A DNA stretch of 64,000 nt from IMG/VR virus record IMGVR_UViG_3300020045_006302, positions 20,697-84,696 of that record. The stretch is one strand, 5' to 3'. The position numbers and the translations under genes are program-made. The DNA comes from a virus. Taxonomy: Duplodnaviria > Caudoviricetes. Of this stretch, positions 9,642 through 19,813 are shown in pieces. The notes below the pieces were generated by a model that was not told where the DNA came from, did no database searches, and was given only the letters and a program-made list of their open reading frames with translations. Within the stretch, counting starts at the first letter, position 1, and each line of letters opens with the position of its first letter.

Positions 9642-10943
9642 TTATTTAAATTGTCCAACTCCTAATGGAGTTACTGTTGAAGCAGGCGTATTATGCACAT
9701 TATGGGTACTTGGGCTTATTACTTGTTGTCCTGATTGCTTATTATATCGTTCTCTTAAAGATAATACTTTATTTTCTTTTGCTATGTTAGCGGCTAATTT
9801 AGATATATCATAATTCTTATATCTTAAGTAAGAGGTAAGCAATTGAAATTCTAATGTATCACTTTCTGATTTTACTATATCCTGTGTATTACCTTTTTTA
9901 TCTATAGGTTTATTAAGATAATCAAAAAATGCTTGTCTTTCTGCAACAGGTATAGTAACATTATTTATTTTACCATTATCTACTACTTTCTTAGCTGCTT
10001 GCCAATATTGTTTTTCTTCTTCTTGTTCTTTCAGAAGCTGTTGTTGAAATAAACTATCTTTTTGTTGTTTATCTAAAGACTGTTGTTTATTTAAAAATAA
10101 CAATGCTTCTGCTGTTGAAGTCTTAATTTGTTTTTCTCCTGCTCCTTTAATCAGTTCAAGCATATTATCTACATTAGGTAAACCCTGTTTAGTAAACATG
10201 GTACGAATATAGTTAATTTTTGTGTCATTATCCAAATCATCTACCTTAATTGATGCATAATCAATCGAGGTAGGATTAAAAGTTTCATAAGTACCTCCTG
10301 TAGCAATATGTTTGTAAAAATCAAATGTTTCAGGATTAGAAAGTAGAAAATCTTTTACTGCTGTAGTATTTAATTGTGTTACAGTAGTTTTTACTAATTC
10401 TTGTATCCCTTCTATTGTATCAGGAAATTCTCCTTCTAATTTTATGCCATACTCTTGCTCAAAAGAAGATTTAATATCACTAATAATATCATCTGCTTCT
10501 ACTGTAGTTTCTATTACTTCTCCTAATGCATTGGTTTGTTTTCCTTCTGCATTTACAGGCAATTTATCTTCTGCAATATAAGTCTTAAGTTGTTCTTTAT
10601 TTAGAACTACTTTTCCTTCTGCATTTACTAAATCTCCTGTTTGATTAACTCCTGTTGCTTTTACTAAATCAAAAACTCCATTACGAATTTCCAATTGTTC
10701 TGTTGATAGTTGTTCTATAGGGAAAGATAAAAGAGCAATTGTTTCGTTAACTTCTTTCTCATTTCCCTCTACAGAAACATCAGCAGATGGTGCTTGTGGA
10801 ATTTGAGGTGCTTGTGGGGCTTGTTGTCCTGTTCCATTGTTAGGTGCTAATTCTGCCGGTAAAGTAAAAGGCATTGCATTTCCTTGTGGTTGTTGACCTG
10901 TCATACCTAAATCTGGTGTACCAGTAATGTCATTTACGTCCAT
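9642..10943 (-). CDS. Scaffold-like protein (crAss gene-77-like)
   Basis: Between portal and MCP; low-complexity QAPQ N-terminus; helical C-terminus with AFFDYL motif. Confidence 0.6.
   Translation of the reverse strand: MDVNDITGTPDLGMTGQQPQGNAMPFTLPAELAPNNGTGQQAPQAPQIPQAPSADVSVEGNEKEVNETIALLSFPIEQLSTEQLEIRNGVFDLVKATGVNQTGDLVNAEGKVVLNKEQLKTYIAEDKLPVNAEGKQTNALGEVIETTVEADDIISDIKSSFEQEYGIKLEGEFPDTIEGIQELVKTTVTQLNTTAVKDFLLSNPETFDFYKHIATGGTYETFNPTSIDYASIKVDDLDNDTKINYIRTMFTKQGLPNVDNMLELIKGAGEKQIKTSTAEALLFLNKQQSLDKQQKDSLFQQQLLKEQEEEKQYWQAAKKVVDNGKINNVTIPVAERQAFFDYLNKPIDKKGNTQDIVKSESDTLEFQLLTSYLRYKNYDISKLAANIAKENKVLSLRERYNKQSGQQVISPSTHNVHNTPASTVTPLGVGQFK
10704..10725 (-). repeat. 22-bp dispersed motif copy (TTTCCCTATAGAACAACTATCA)
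   Basis: Read from sequence; inside the scaffold-like gene. Confidence 0.85.
10762..10782 (+). repeat. Degenerate motif copy (TTTCCCTCTACAGAAACATCA)
   Basis: Matches the core, one base shorter; inverted relative to the copy at 10704. Confidence 0.5.
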
Positions 10944-10945
10944 AA

Positions 10946-13270
10946 TTATTTAGTTTTATTATTAATCTTATTTATTTGCTTATTCTTAAGTTTTAAATCT
11001 TCATCCTTCTGACGTCGTTTTTCAGTATCATCTAATACTTTATGATTAGCTAACATCATTTCTATTTCATTTGCAGGTCTTGCTTCTTGAGGTTCATTAC
11101 TATCTCCACTTTCTGCTCTTCTATCTGCTGTATATTTAACTCCTTCTAATTGACTATCTATTTTATATTTTTCCATTTCACGATTATCTGCATCATTATC
11201 ATTAACCATTTGTTGTAATTGTTTTTGATTTTCTGCTTCAGTCGCTTTCATCTGTTCTTCAAATTTCCTTGTCAATTCTTGTTGTTTTTCTATAATCCTA
11301 CTTAATCTTGTAGTACTATTTGTAGAATATAATTTAGGTATAATAGAAACATCTGCTCCATTTTGTATCATTGCTTGTCCTAATCCTCGTAATGCAGTAA
11401 TAGCTTCTGTATTATTTGTAGAGTTTTTAACAAATACTCCGTAACTTCTATTAAGATGATGTATTACATTGTCTGCATTAAGATTAATTACAGCTTGACT
11501 TCCATCACTACGAATATATTTAGCTTTTTTACCATTTATCCATGCTAATTTACTTAAATCTACAACACCTTCATAATCTTTTTCCATTACCTTTTCAAAA
11601 CGTCTTGTAAGTTCTGCTGTTATAATAGCACTTCTTACTATAGCCTGTTCTGTTGTAGATTTTCCTGCAGAAGTTCCTATATCAGCATATCGTTGAGGTG
11701 TCATTCCAATACTTTCCCAATACTCTCCTTTAGTTTCTCTAATAAATTCTAAACATTCTTTTACGAAATTCATATCAGAAGTATTTATAGATTTTATCAT
11801 TTGTCCTGCATAAGAAGCATTAGGAGAAGTTTCATCAATCCATAATATACCAGTTGCATCTGCATGATACATTACATCTTTAGCAGTCATACCTTGTTTT
11901 TTAGGTATTAAACCAAAAGGCATAACTGTCATTGTACCTTTATGCCTATTAATATATTTTTCTGCTTGATAATGTACAGTATTAATTAATCTTTGATAAT
12001 CCATTCCTTCTTTAATAAGAGAAGCTACTCCACCTGATGGAGATAATTCTTCTCGTCCATTATAAGAAAGTTTTTGTATAGATGTATTATTTAATTCTGC
12101 TCTATTTTCTACTAAAGGTCCAACATTTAAATAATGATTATCATATTTCCATGCTTGAAATACTAAGTTTTCCCATATCCATTCTATATCTATATCTCCT
12201 TGTTCTTCATTAAGTTTATAAGTTTCATCTACTTGCATAGTAGTAACTTGTCCTAATTCATCTTCATAAGTTAATATACCTATAGGTACCCATGTTTTAA
12301 ATTGTACATGATATAATGCTACTGTATTTCCTGTTCCTAATATACTATTATAGTTACTTCCATTTATATAAGCAGGTGCTTCTCGCATTAATCCTCCTTT
12401 TCCAACTGGAACTACAACTGAATTACCACTCATGTTATAATTCCTTGCATCACTATCTAATTTTTCTAATATACTTTTATCTAAATCTTTAAATGTATCA
12501 ATCATATAAGATACTGTAACAATTTGTTTTCTTACGGCATAACTTCTATCTTCTACATATATATTATTTTTTTCATAAGGAACAAACATTTCATCTGCCG
12601 GAACAATTTGTACTATAACATCGTCATTTAAAACTTGTTTATAAGTATAAACACATCCATATGCAACCCAATCCCAATATGCAGTAATATATTTATCTTC
12701 TAAATCTTGATTAAAATGTATATAATCTAATGCCTCTTGTCCTGTTAAAACTAAATTAGCATCATAAGATTGTTTAAAGTTTTCTTTATATTGTTCAAGT
12801 GTAGGTAATTCTTGGCTTTCTTCTCCTGTAGGAAATCCTATATTATTTAAAGTATTAATTACTTCTTGTTGATAATATCCTCTTAATGCTACAACTAATG
12901 CATCTTTATATGCACTTTCATCATCAGGATTAAAATCTATAACTTCATATTCATGTGCTCGTCTACCAAATTCCCCAACTAATAAATTAATTAATCCTAA
13001 TAATATATTATGATTTCTTAGTTTAGCATTAAAACTTGGTTCTTGTCCATCTGTACCTGTTTTCCTATTATAAGTATTAGTAATTCTTTTATAATCATTC
13101 TCATATATAACACCATGTATCATATCTCGAATTTCATATATCTCTTGTGTCCTATTACTATGTGTAGCTTCTTCTATATAATAATCAATAGTATCATATA
13201 TAGCCATTCTACCTTTATCATCTTTTTTAAGTTTTTCTGCTAAAGTAGTATATTGTTTAGGTAGTATCAT
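10946..13270 (-). CDS. Portal protein
   Basis: 774 aa, directly downstream of terL; crAss portal motifs (LIGEF/LVGEFGRR, KLSYNG, WESIGMTPQR) and coiled-coil C-terminus. Confidence 0.85.
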   Translation of the reverse strand: MILPKQYTTLAEKLKKDDKGRMAIYDTIDYYIEEATHSNRTQEIYEIRDMIHGVIYENDYKRITNTYNRKTGTDGQEPSFNAKLRNHNILLGLINLLVGEFGRRAHEYEVIDFNPDDESAYKDALVVALRGYYQQEVINTLNNIGFPTGEESQELPTLEQYKENFKQSYDANLVLTGQEALDYIHFNQDLEDKYITAYWDWVAYGCVYTYKQVLNDDVIVQIVPADEMFVPYEKNNIYVEDRSYAVRKQIVTVSYMIDTFKDLDKSILEKLDSDARNYNMSGNSVVVPVGKGGLMREAPAYINGSNYNSILGTGNTVALYHVQFKTWVPIGILTYEDELGQVTTMQVDETYKLNEEQGDIDIEWIWENLVFQAWKYDNHYLNVGPLVENRAELNNTSIQKLSYNGREELSPSGGVASLIKEGMDYQRLINTVHYQAEKYINRHKGTMTVMPFGLIPKKQGMTAKDVMYHADATGILWIDETSPNASYAGQMIKSINTSDMNFVKECLEFIRETKGEYWESIGMTPQRYADIGTSAGKSTTEQAIVRSAIITAELTRRFEKVMEKDYEGVVDLSKLAWINGKKAKYIRSDGSQAVINLNADNVIHHLNRSYGVFVKNSTNNTEAITALRGLGQAMIQNGADVSIIPKLYSTNSTTRLSRIIEKQQELTRKFEEQMKATEAENQKQLQQMVNDNDADNREMEKYKIDSQLEGVKYTADRRAESGDSNEPQEARPANEIEMMLANHKVLDDTEKRRQKDEDLKLKNKQINKINNKTK

Positions 13271-13279
13271 ATATTATTA

Positions 13280-15556
13280 TTAATTAAATGGATTAGAGAA
13301 ATAATCATCTTGTAGTTGACCTAATGCATTTGGAAGTTCTACAGTTTGTTCTTTATGTATCATTTCTCTAATATCATACATTCCTACTATAAGAGTTGAT
13401 ACTCTATCTGTATTTCGTTTTCCATCATATTTAAGAAGTTCTCGTAAGATACCAACATCATAAATATAATTCAAATTTAATATCTTTTTACCTGTATCGT
13501 CAATATATCTAACCTGTTTAAGCCAATCTGCAACCCACATAGCACCGTTTTTCTTACGGTTCATATTGGCAGCTATTGATATACCAGTCTTTCTACCTTT
13601 ACCACCGCCTTGTAAATCTTTTTGATATTGAAATTCAGGTTCTTGTTTTAGTAATTGAGAATATCCTAATATCTTAGCATTAGTTTTAACATCACCTCTA
13701 TCATTTTCATATAATAGTTTTGCTTTAAAATATTCTACTCCTAAAAACATTTGTTCATCATATTCAATTGTATTTTCAGTTCTACCTACATATAATGCTA
13801 CAATCCTATCTCCATGTGTATGTGTAAATGGATTTACAGCTTCATATATCATAGTACTTGCTAATGAATCTTTTAATGTAAACTCTTTAACTTCCTTCTC
13901 TATTCCAAATGGGTCATTCCATGCATGATATAATCCTTCCGGAATTTCTCTTGTTGCAGGATGTACATAAGGCATTTCATATAGTATCCAACATCCTGTT
14001 AAATCTGTTTTAGGTTTTAATGGATATTCTGTAACTGGATTAGGTATTATATCTGTAGAGAAATTTCCTTCTAATCCTCGTTGTACAAATTTAATTTTAC
14101 CTTTATCATCTTTAACAAATATGCCTTCTCGTCCTATTCCTTTTAATTTAGGATCACGAGTTACTCTCATTAATTGTTCATCAATTTCTTTAGAAGGCAT
14201 TAATGAATTTGTAACCCTACTAAAAGCTTGAGAAGGTTTATCAGGTTCTTCCATTTCATGTTGAGTAAGTTTAGTAGGACTATGTCTTACTTTATCTTTT
14301 TCTCTTTCATTTTCAAGTATAGAACCTTTTATATCACTATTTCCATGTATATCTATTAATCCCGGTTTATTTATAAAACATGGATGAAAGAATCCACAGC
14401 CAGTATCAGACATATTATTATCCCACATATTTTGGAACATAATAAAGTTCTGTGCAAATCCTTCGTAAAACAATTCTTCAAAATCTGCCCAATAACTTTC
14501 GTCACCTCCACCTGTTCCAAATACTACAAGTGTACCTGTACTATATATACCATCTGTAAATGCTTTCAATGCTGCTGCTATAGCTTCAGCTAAATTTCTA
14601 CATTTACCTGCTTCTTCTATTATAGCAAAATCAGCATCTTTACCACGTATTGCACCTGGGTCTTTACTTAAAATTGCAGTATAAATATTAGATAAAAATC
14701 CTAATTTCTCTGCTAATCCTTTTGCTTGGAAACCTATTTGTATATGTTCTAATCTATCATTTAATCTTTCCTTAGTCCAGTCTGTATTTTTATTTATAAA
14801 ATTTAAATAATTCTGAACTTTTACCATAGTACCATCATCATATAATGAAGTACTATCATAAGCAGCTACTACTGATGTAGTACGTGGATATAAATCTGCT
14901 CTATTAGCAACTACCCATCCATTTTTATATGAGTATCCTTTACGACGTGCTTTACCTACACATAAATGACGGCCTATAAGTCTACATAATTCTAATGCTT
15001 TAAAGTAATAATAATCTCCATCCCAAAATGAAGGCAAAGAAAAAGATTTAGTTGTACCTCCTTGTGTAGAAGTAATTAATTCTCCTGATGGAGAATATAA
15101 TGCACCTTGTTTTATTTCAAAATCTTTAGTTCTTTTTATTTCTGCATAATTTAAATAACCATAATGTTCTCCTGTTATATGAATTTTTTGTAATTCATAA
15201 GAACCATCATCATTTTTTATTAATTTTCCATATGCAGACATTCCTTCTTTTCTTCGCTTTTCTTCTTCATCCCAAAAAGCATTATATTCTGCTCTATCCC
15301 AAGTAGGATGTAAATCTGTATATCTACCTGTCTTTACAAATTGCTGTCCAGTTTTAGTAAATTCAGAAGTATTACAAAATGCTATATCTTCTGCTGTATA
15401 CATTTTTAAATTTGCATCAGGATTTTCAAATGTAACCAAATCTACTTCTCTATATGGACTTCCATATAAATCTGTAATAGGTCTTTTAGGTAAGTCATAT
15501 AATGTACTTCCTAATCCTGCTACAACATCATATGCATTAGAAGCTATAGTCCTCAT
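13280..15556 (-). CDS. terL: Terminase large subunit
   Basis: crAss-type Walker A GKARRKGYSY, Walker B IIEEAG, coupling motif VFGTGG; RNase H nuclease motifs NDPFG, YENDRG, DRVS. Confidence 0.9.
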   Translation of the reverse strand: MRTIASNAYDVVAGLGSTLYDLPKRPITDLYGSPYREVDLVTFENPDANLKMYTAEDIAFCNTSEFTKTGQQFVKTGRYTDLHPTWDRAEYNAFWDEEEKRRKEGMSAYGKLIKNDDGSYELQKIHITGEHYGYLNYAEIKRTKDFEIKQGALYSPSGELITSTQGGTTKSFSLPSFWDGDYYYFKALELCRLIGRHLCVGKARRKGYSYKNGWVVANRADLYPRTTSVVAAYDSTSLYDDGTMVKVQNYLNFINKNTDWTKERLNDRLEHIQIGFQAKGLAEKLGFLSNIYTAILSKDPGAIRGKDADFAIIEEAGKCRNLAEAIAAALKAFTDGIYSTGTLVVFGTGGGDESYWADFEELFYEGFAQNFIMFQNMWDNNMSDTGCGFFHPCFINKPGLIDIHGNSDIKGSILENEREKDKVRHSPTKLTQHEMEEPDKPSQAFSRVTNSLMPSKEIDEQLMRVTRDPKLKGIGREGIFVKDDKGKIKFVQRGLEGNFSTDIIPNPVTEYPLKPKTDLTGCWILYEMPYVHPATREIPEGLYHAWNDPFGIEKEVKEFTLKDSLASTMIYEAVNPFTHTHGDRIVALYVGRTENTIEYDEQMFLGVEYFKAKLLYENDRGDVKTNAKILGYSQLLKQEPEFQYQKDLQGGGKGRKTGISIAANMNRKKNGAMWVADWLKQVRYIDDTGKKILNLNYIYDVGILRELLKYDGKRNTDRVSTLIVGMYDIREMIHKEQTVELPNALGQLQDDYFSNPFN

Positions 15557-16020
15557 TATATTATAGTATATATTTCGTTAATATCTATATATCTTCCTAT
15601 ACCTGCTAATTTAGATGCTTTAGAATGATCTTCCTTACATCCTACAAATAAAGAAGCTGCTATAAACAATTCATGTTCCATAGCAGCATCATATATTAAT
15701 CCCGGATTAGGCATTTGTTCAAAAGATTTTCTTTTATAGGAATAATGTACTTTTACTCTTAATCCTTTCTTTACTTCTCTTTCTATTTTTCTACAAATAG
15801 TATTTATTTTATAATCAAATATTTCTTTTTTAATTATTCCATCTTCTATTTGATTTTGATTACTTAGTATAACTATATCATAATTATTATTATGGAATTT
15901 TTTTATTAATTCTACTATACCGTTAGTTAGTTTCCAATCTTCTGAATGAAGTCCATATAGTCTTCCACTAATAGTTGTTATTAATGTATCATCTAAATTT
16001 ATAAATAATGCTCTATACAT
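15556..16020 (-). CDS. HAD-IIIA (PNKP/GmhB-like) phosphatase fold, catalytic residues degenerate
   Basis: LFINLDDTLI (motif I), ILSNQ (II), MPNPG (III), FVGC..AGI (IV). Confidence 0.7.
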   Translation of the reverse strand: MYRALFINLDDTLITTISGRLYGLHSEDWKLTNGIVELIKKFHNNNYDIVILSNQNQIEDGIIKKEIFDYKINTICRKIEREVKKGLRVKVHYSYKRKSFEQMPNPGLIYDAAMEHELFIAASLFVGCKEDHSKASKLAGIGRYIDINEIYTII

Positions 16021-16045
16021 ATTATTTTATTTAAGTTCTTTAACA

Positions 16046-16067
16046 TTTCCCTATAGAAAGACTATCA
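16046..16067 (+). repeat. 22-bp dispersed motif copy (TTTCCCTATAGAAAGACTATCA)
   Basis: Intergenic, between the nuclease stop and the HAD start. Confidence 0.9.
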
Positions 16068-16074
16068 GATAAAG

Positions 16075-17016
16075 CTAACTTGCTTGTAGGTAATCCTGTA
16101 GCATAGCTTCTACTTCTTTCTTTAGATAAGGTATTTTTATTACTTTAGGTTCATGATTATCTCTAATATGTATAATTTCTAATCCTCCTTCTACTAATTC
16201 ATATCCCCAGCATTCTAGTATATAAGCATATGTAGAAAGCTGCATTGCATATTTATAAAAATTACAACAAGGAACATGATGTAAAGGATATAACATAGTT
16301 TTACCTGTAGCTATAAATTTATCTCCTTTTATCCATTTACCTCCAATGTTTTCTTTTTTATAATATCCTGCTACAGTAAGAAATTCATCTTTATTTGTTT
16401 TCCAGTCTAATATACAAAACTTATTTCCTTTAAATATAGGAACATCAATCATTCCTGCTAATTTAAAATCATCTAAATGTACTTTCTTTTCTGCATATAT
16501 ACTACAACCTCTTTCTATATATGATTTCAATCTATTATATATATAAGGAAATTTACTTCCTATTTCTGTTACATCTAAGTCATGTGTCGTAGCTATAACA
16601 TTATGTCCTAATCCTAATACCGGTTGTATAGAAGCATTAGTACTTCCTTTATAATCTCCTTTACTTTTATTTATATTATCTTCTAAGAAATTATGTGTAG
16701 CACTGCCTTTCATACAAGCATCTGCAGTATTTGCAGCCCAAGTAGCAATAGTTAAATTTTGGTAAGTTGCAAATGTTTTATCTTTCTTAAGGTCTTTTAA
16801 TTTATAAGCAACACCTGCTACTATAATAACACCTTTTTCATATTCTGCTTTTACTTTATAATGCCTATCTTTTAATGCAGTGTACATACTCCAGTAATCT
16901 GTATCAAATTCTTCTGCATATTTGCCTATTAAAGTTGTTACAGAAATATACTTAGTATTCTTTTCATTAGTATATTCATGTAATTTTTCGTCAAACTTTA
17001 TTTCTTTGTACTGCAT
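16075..17016 (-). CDS. PD-(D/E)XK exonuclease (Cas4/lambda-exo-like)
   Basis: SVTTLIG..., GSATH, YAEK, GMIDV, ILDWKT, QLSTYAY motifs. Confidence 0.8.
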   Translation of the reverse strand: MQYKEIKFDEKLHEYTNEKNTKYISVTTLIGKYAEEFDTDYWSMYTALKDRHYKVKAEYEKGVIIVAGVAYKLKDLKKDKTFATYQNLTIATWAANTADACMKGSATHNFLEDNINKSKGDYKGSTNASIQPVLGLGHNVIATTHDLDVTEIGSKFPYIYNRLKSYIERGCSIYAEKKVHLDDFKLAGMIDVPIFKGNKFCILDWKTNKDEFLTVAGYYKKENIGGKWIKGDKFIATGKTMLYPLHHVPCCNFYKYAMQLSTYAYILECWGYELVEGGLEIIHIRDNHEPKVIKIPYLKKEVEAMLQDYLQAS

Positions 17017-17017
17017 A

Positions 17018-17695
17018 TTATGATGTTGGTATTTCTCTGTTTCCTATTTCTCTTCCTCCTACTTTAACTAATTTTCCTCCTCCTTCTTCTGCAAACTTTG
17101 CAGCCAATCCGTCAAGTACTGATTTAAGTTTAGGTAGTTTTTCTATATTACTTGCAATATCACTTTGCATATCTGACAATTTAGAAAGTAAATTTATATA
17201 TTCTTTTACTTTACCCACTTGTTCTTTATCAGGTTCTCCTATTATTTCTACATCTTGTTTCCAAGTACGTATCATAACTTTTAGATTATCTATTTCATTT
17301 TGTTGATATTCTATATCTTCTGCTGCGCTATAAAAACTTCTTTCTGCTGCATAATAAGCTTTTCCTAATGGAGATAGAATTATATCTTGTTTCATTCTAT
17401 CAATTGCTTTTAATAACAATTTATCTTTAGATATATCAGGTTCTATTCCTGCTATTGCGGCAGCTTGTTTTTTTCTTTCTGCATAAGGAATAGCATTTAA
17501 ACTACTTGCAGGATGTACTAAATGAAATGCAAAAACTAATTCTTTACAAGTTTGTAATTTATTTCTTCCTTCACTATCTCCGGGACACCCTTTATCCCTT
17601 TTAATTAGTTTACGGTATTCCTCTGTAGCATACACTTGTTCATGTAGTACTAATCCATCTTTATTTGTCCATTTGAATAAATTACTAAAACTCAT
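17018..17695 (-). CDS. Conserved hypothetical helical protein
   Basis: 225-aa ORF in the packaging operon. Confidence 0.55.
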   Translation of the reverse strand: MSFSNLFKWTNKDGLVLHEQVYATEEYRKLIKRDKGCPGDSEGRNKLQTCKELVFAFHLVHPASSLNAIPYAERKKQAAAIAGIEPDISKDKLLLKAIDRMKQDIILSPLGKAYYAAERSFYSAAEDIEYQQNEIDNLKVMIRTWKQDVEIIGEPDKEQVGKVKEYINLLSKLSDMQSDIASNIEKLPKLKSVLDGLAAKFAEEGGGKLVKVGGREIGNREIPTS

Positions 17696-17698
17696 ATA

Positions 17699-18157
17699 TT
17701 AGTCTTTATGATTTTCTATTTTTCTTCCTAATGCTTTAAGTATTTTAAATACAGGCTTTTTAACAGTTTCAGTATTTAATACTTCTTCTATAGTAGCAAC
17801 TTTATGTGCAACTTCTCTTTCTTTCTTTTTATTATTCTCTGTTCTTATTGCCCAGTATTTATACATTTCATTTAATACCTCTTCTTTATTAAACTCAGGA
17901 TTAAGTTTAGCATTTTCATTTATTAATCTAATAGCTTCTTTACGTTCGTATCTACGTTCCATTCTATTAACATTCATAAATTTACCTAAACACGGTAGTC
18001 TTACATTCATTTTTTTTGTAACTCCTAATCCTAATCCAATAAATTGAAAATCTACAATTTTAGATATCTCCTCAATACTTAAATTCTGTTTAAATTTAAT
18101 ATCTATTTTACCTTGTATATTTTCTAATATATCAATTAATGTATCATCTAATTTCAT
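17699..18157 (-). CDS. HU/IHF-like DNA-binding protein
   Basis: LSIEEISKIVDFQF..VRLPCLGKF resembles the HU/IHF helix-helix-beta arm (G.GxF) signature; crAss-like phages carry IHF homologues here. Confidence 0.55.
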   Translation of the reverse strand: MKLDDTLIDILENIQGKIDIKFKQNLSIEEISKIVDFQFIGLGLGVTKKMNVRLPCLGKFMNVNRMERRYERKEAIRLINENAKLNPEFNKEEVLNEMYKYWAIRTENNKKKEREVAHKVATIEEVLNTETVKKPVFKILKALGRKIENHKD

Positions 18158-18610
18158 TTATGTAATAATTAAAGAAGGTTTAACATCTGTAATGATATTA
18201 GATTTAGGTTTTTCTTTTTGTTCTTCCATTTGTTGTTTTCCAATTCCAAATGCAGTTAATGCGCATAATGCATTATTAATTAAATCTTGTAATGCTTTTT
18301 CGTATAATGTCCATTTTCCTTTTAAAGGTTCTACTGGATGAAAAGATTGATGTAATATCATTTTACTTTCTATTACTTCTGATTTATCTATTATAAAATA
18401 TTCTAATATATAATAATCTTTTATCTTCTTTATATTATTATTTAATGTTGATTGTAATTCTAGAGTAGCAGTTCCTTTTTCAAATGATATTCGATAAGAA
18501 TGTTTTACATTTTGAGAATATGCATAATTAGTTTGTTTACCAATTAACTGTATAATTAAACTTTCTAAATGTATTAGGTTTTGTGATTTTTTTACTTCTA
18601 TATCTGCCAT
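18158..18610 (-). CDS. Hypothetical protein, first gene of the leftward arm
   Basis: 150-aa ORF. Confidence 0.55.
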   Translation of the reverse strand: MADIEVKKSQNLIHLESLIIQLIGKQTNYAYSQNVKHSYRISFEKGTATLELQSTLNNNIKKIKDYYILEYFIIDKSEVIESKMILHQSFHPVEPLKGKWTLYEKALQDLINNALCALTAFGIGKQQMEEQKEKPKSNIITDVKPSLIIT

Positions 18611-18658
18611 TTCTATTCTTTCTTTAATTGTATATTAATCTCATTATGTTTTTGCTTC

Positions 18659-18680
18659 TTTCCCTATAGAAAGACCATCC
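18659..18680 (+). repeat. 22-bp dispersed motif copy (TTTCCCTATAGAAAGACCATCC)
   Basis: Intergenic, about 50 nt upstream of the first leftward gene. Confidence 0.9.
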
Positions 18681-19007
18681 ATTAAATCTGTATGTAAATA
18701 TATGTAATTACTTGATACTCCGCAAGCAATTACAGCATAATGTGTAAATATTTTTATAGGAGTAGAAAAATTAACATAAGTAATAGTATAAATATGAATT
18801 AAATTTCATACCTCGCGTGCATACGTACACGCAGGCGTATAATATACATTAATATTTGTAATAATAAAATATTATTTTCATTAGGTTATTAAGTTTCTTA
18901 TGCTATATTAAGGACTCTTATATAATTATATAAAATAATGTAAATTAAATTAATATACAAATATTATTATACAAATTTTACAAATTTTAACATTTTTACT
19001 ATATACA

Positions 19008-19067
19008 AAATTATATTATAAAAATGTACAAAAATTATATTATTTTCATAAAATTAAATTATATTAT
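19008..19067 (+). repeat. Three copies of AAATTATATTAT at exact 24-bp period
   Basis: Copies at 19008, 19032 and 19056. Confidence 0.7.
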
Positions 19068-19095
19068 TCTCATACAACCATAATCTACAGTTGAT

Positions 19096-19117
19096 GGAAT
19101 GTCTTTGTATAGGGAAA
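19096..19117 (-). repeat. 22-bp dispersed motif copy (TTTCCCTATACAAAGACATTCC)
   Basis: Intergenic; inverted relative to the copy at 18659. Confidence 0.85.
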
Positions 19118-19813
19118 GGTTACAAAACTTAATAAACTTTAATTACATAAATTTCATAAAATTACAGTAATAATTTTAAATACTTTTTATTATGATTTTC
19201 AAGAATAAGTAACTAAGTGGTCTCAGCTACTTTATTGGGTACATTAGGATTTATATTATTTACATATAGATTTTCTTATGAGTATGAGTGTAGCTAAACT
19301 TAAATAATTTAAAGAATTTATAAATGTAAATTAAAATTATTTAAATTTTGTATTATTTTAAAGAATAGTATCATAAGTTTTATAAGATTATATTGTAGTA
19401 TTTTTATTAAATTTTATAAAAGATTAAAATTATTGTGTTAAATGTTGGATTAAGAATGATTTATTTTATTGAGAATAGTTAGAGTTTTATTTTATGGATA
19501 TTTTAGAAATTTTATAAGGAGATTTAGTGTGTTTTAAATTGTGTAAATAGTGTGAGGATTATTATAGAGATTATTATAGACAAATTGTTATAGAATTTAT
19601 TATGGCTTGATAAGAAGGATGAATATGGGGAAATACTGCACGATTAAATGATATTAGCCGTAGATATATGGACGTACCCTATCTTTCACCCCCGCATAGT
19701 TTTGGACGGACAGAATACCCCGTACCTTAATCTATATAGAAATTTAGAAATCTAAATTCCAAAAAATAGATTATAAACTTTGTAAATAATTGTTAACTTT
19801 AAATATTTTTATT

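Larger units (their letters stand above)
18611..19813. promoter_or_regulatory. Divergent non-coding control region (promoters and/or origin)
   Basis: About 1.2 kb without a credible ORF between divergent gene arms; contains hairpins, 24-bp-period repeats, two motif copies and a C-free tract. Confidence 0.65.

Noticed and set aside
10790-10900. QAPQ repeats in the scaffold-like gene
   Set aside because: Ordinary low-complexity linker
16046-16067. Resemblance of the motif (CTATAGGGA on the reverse strand) to the T7 promoter end or to KOPS
   Set aside because: The upstream T7 specificity region is absent, the RNAP is not T7-type, and orientation is not polarised as KOPS would be
19006-19013. 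TAATTTTG as a minus-strand host promoter for the structural arm
   Set aside because: Easily arises by chance in this AT-rich repeat, and the -33 spacing (15 nt) is off
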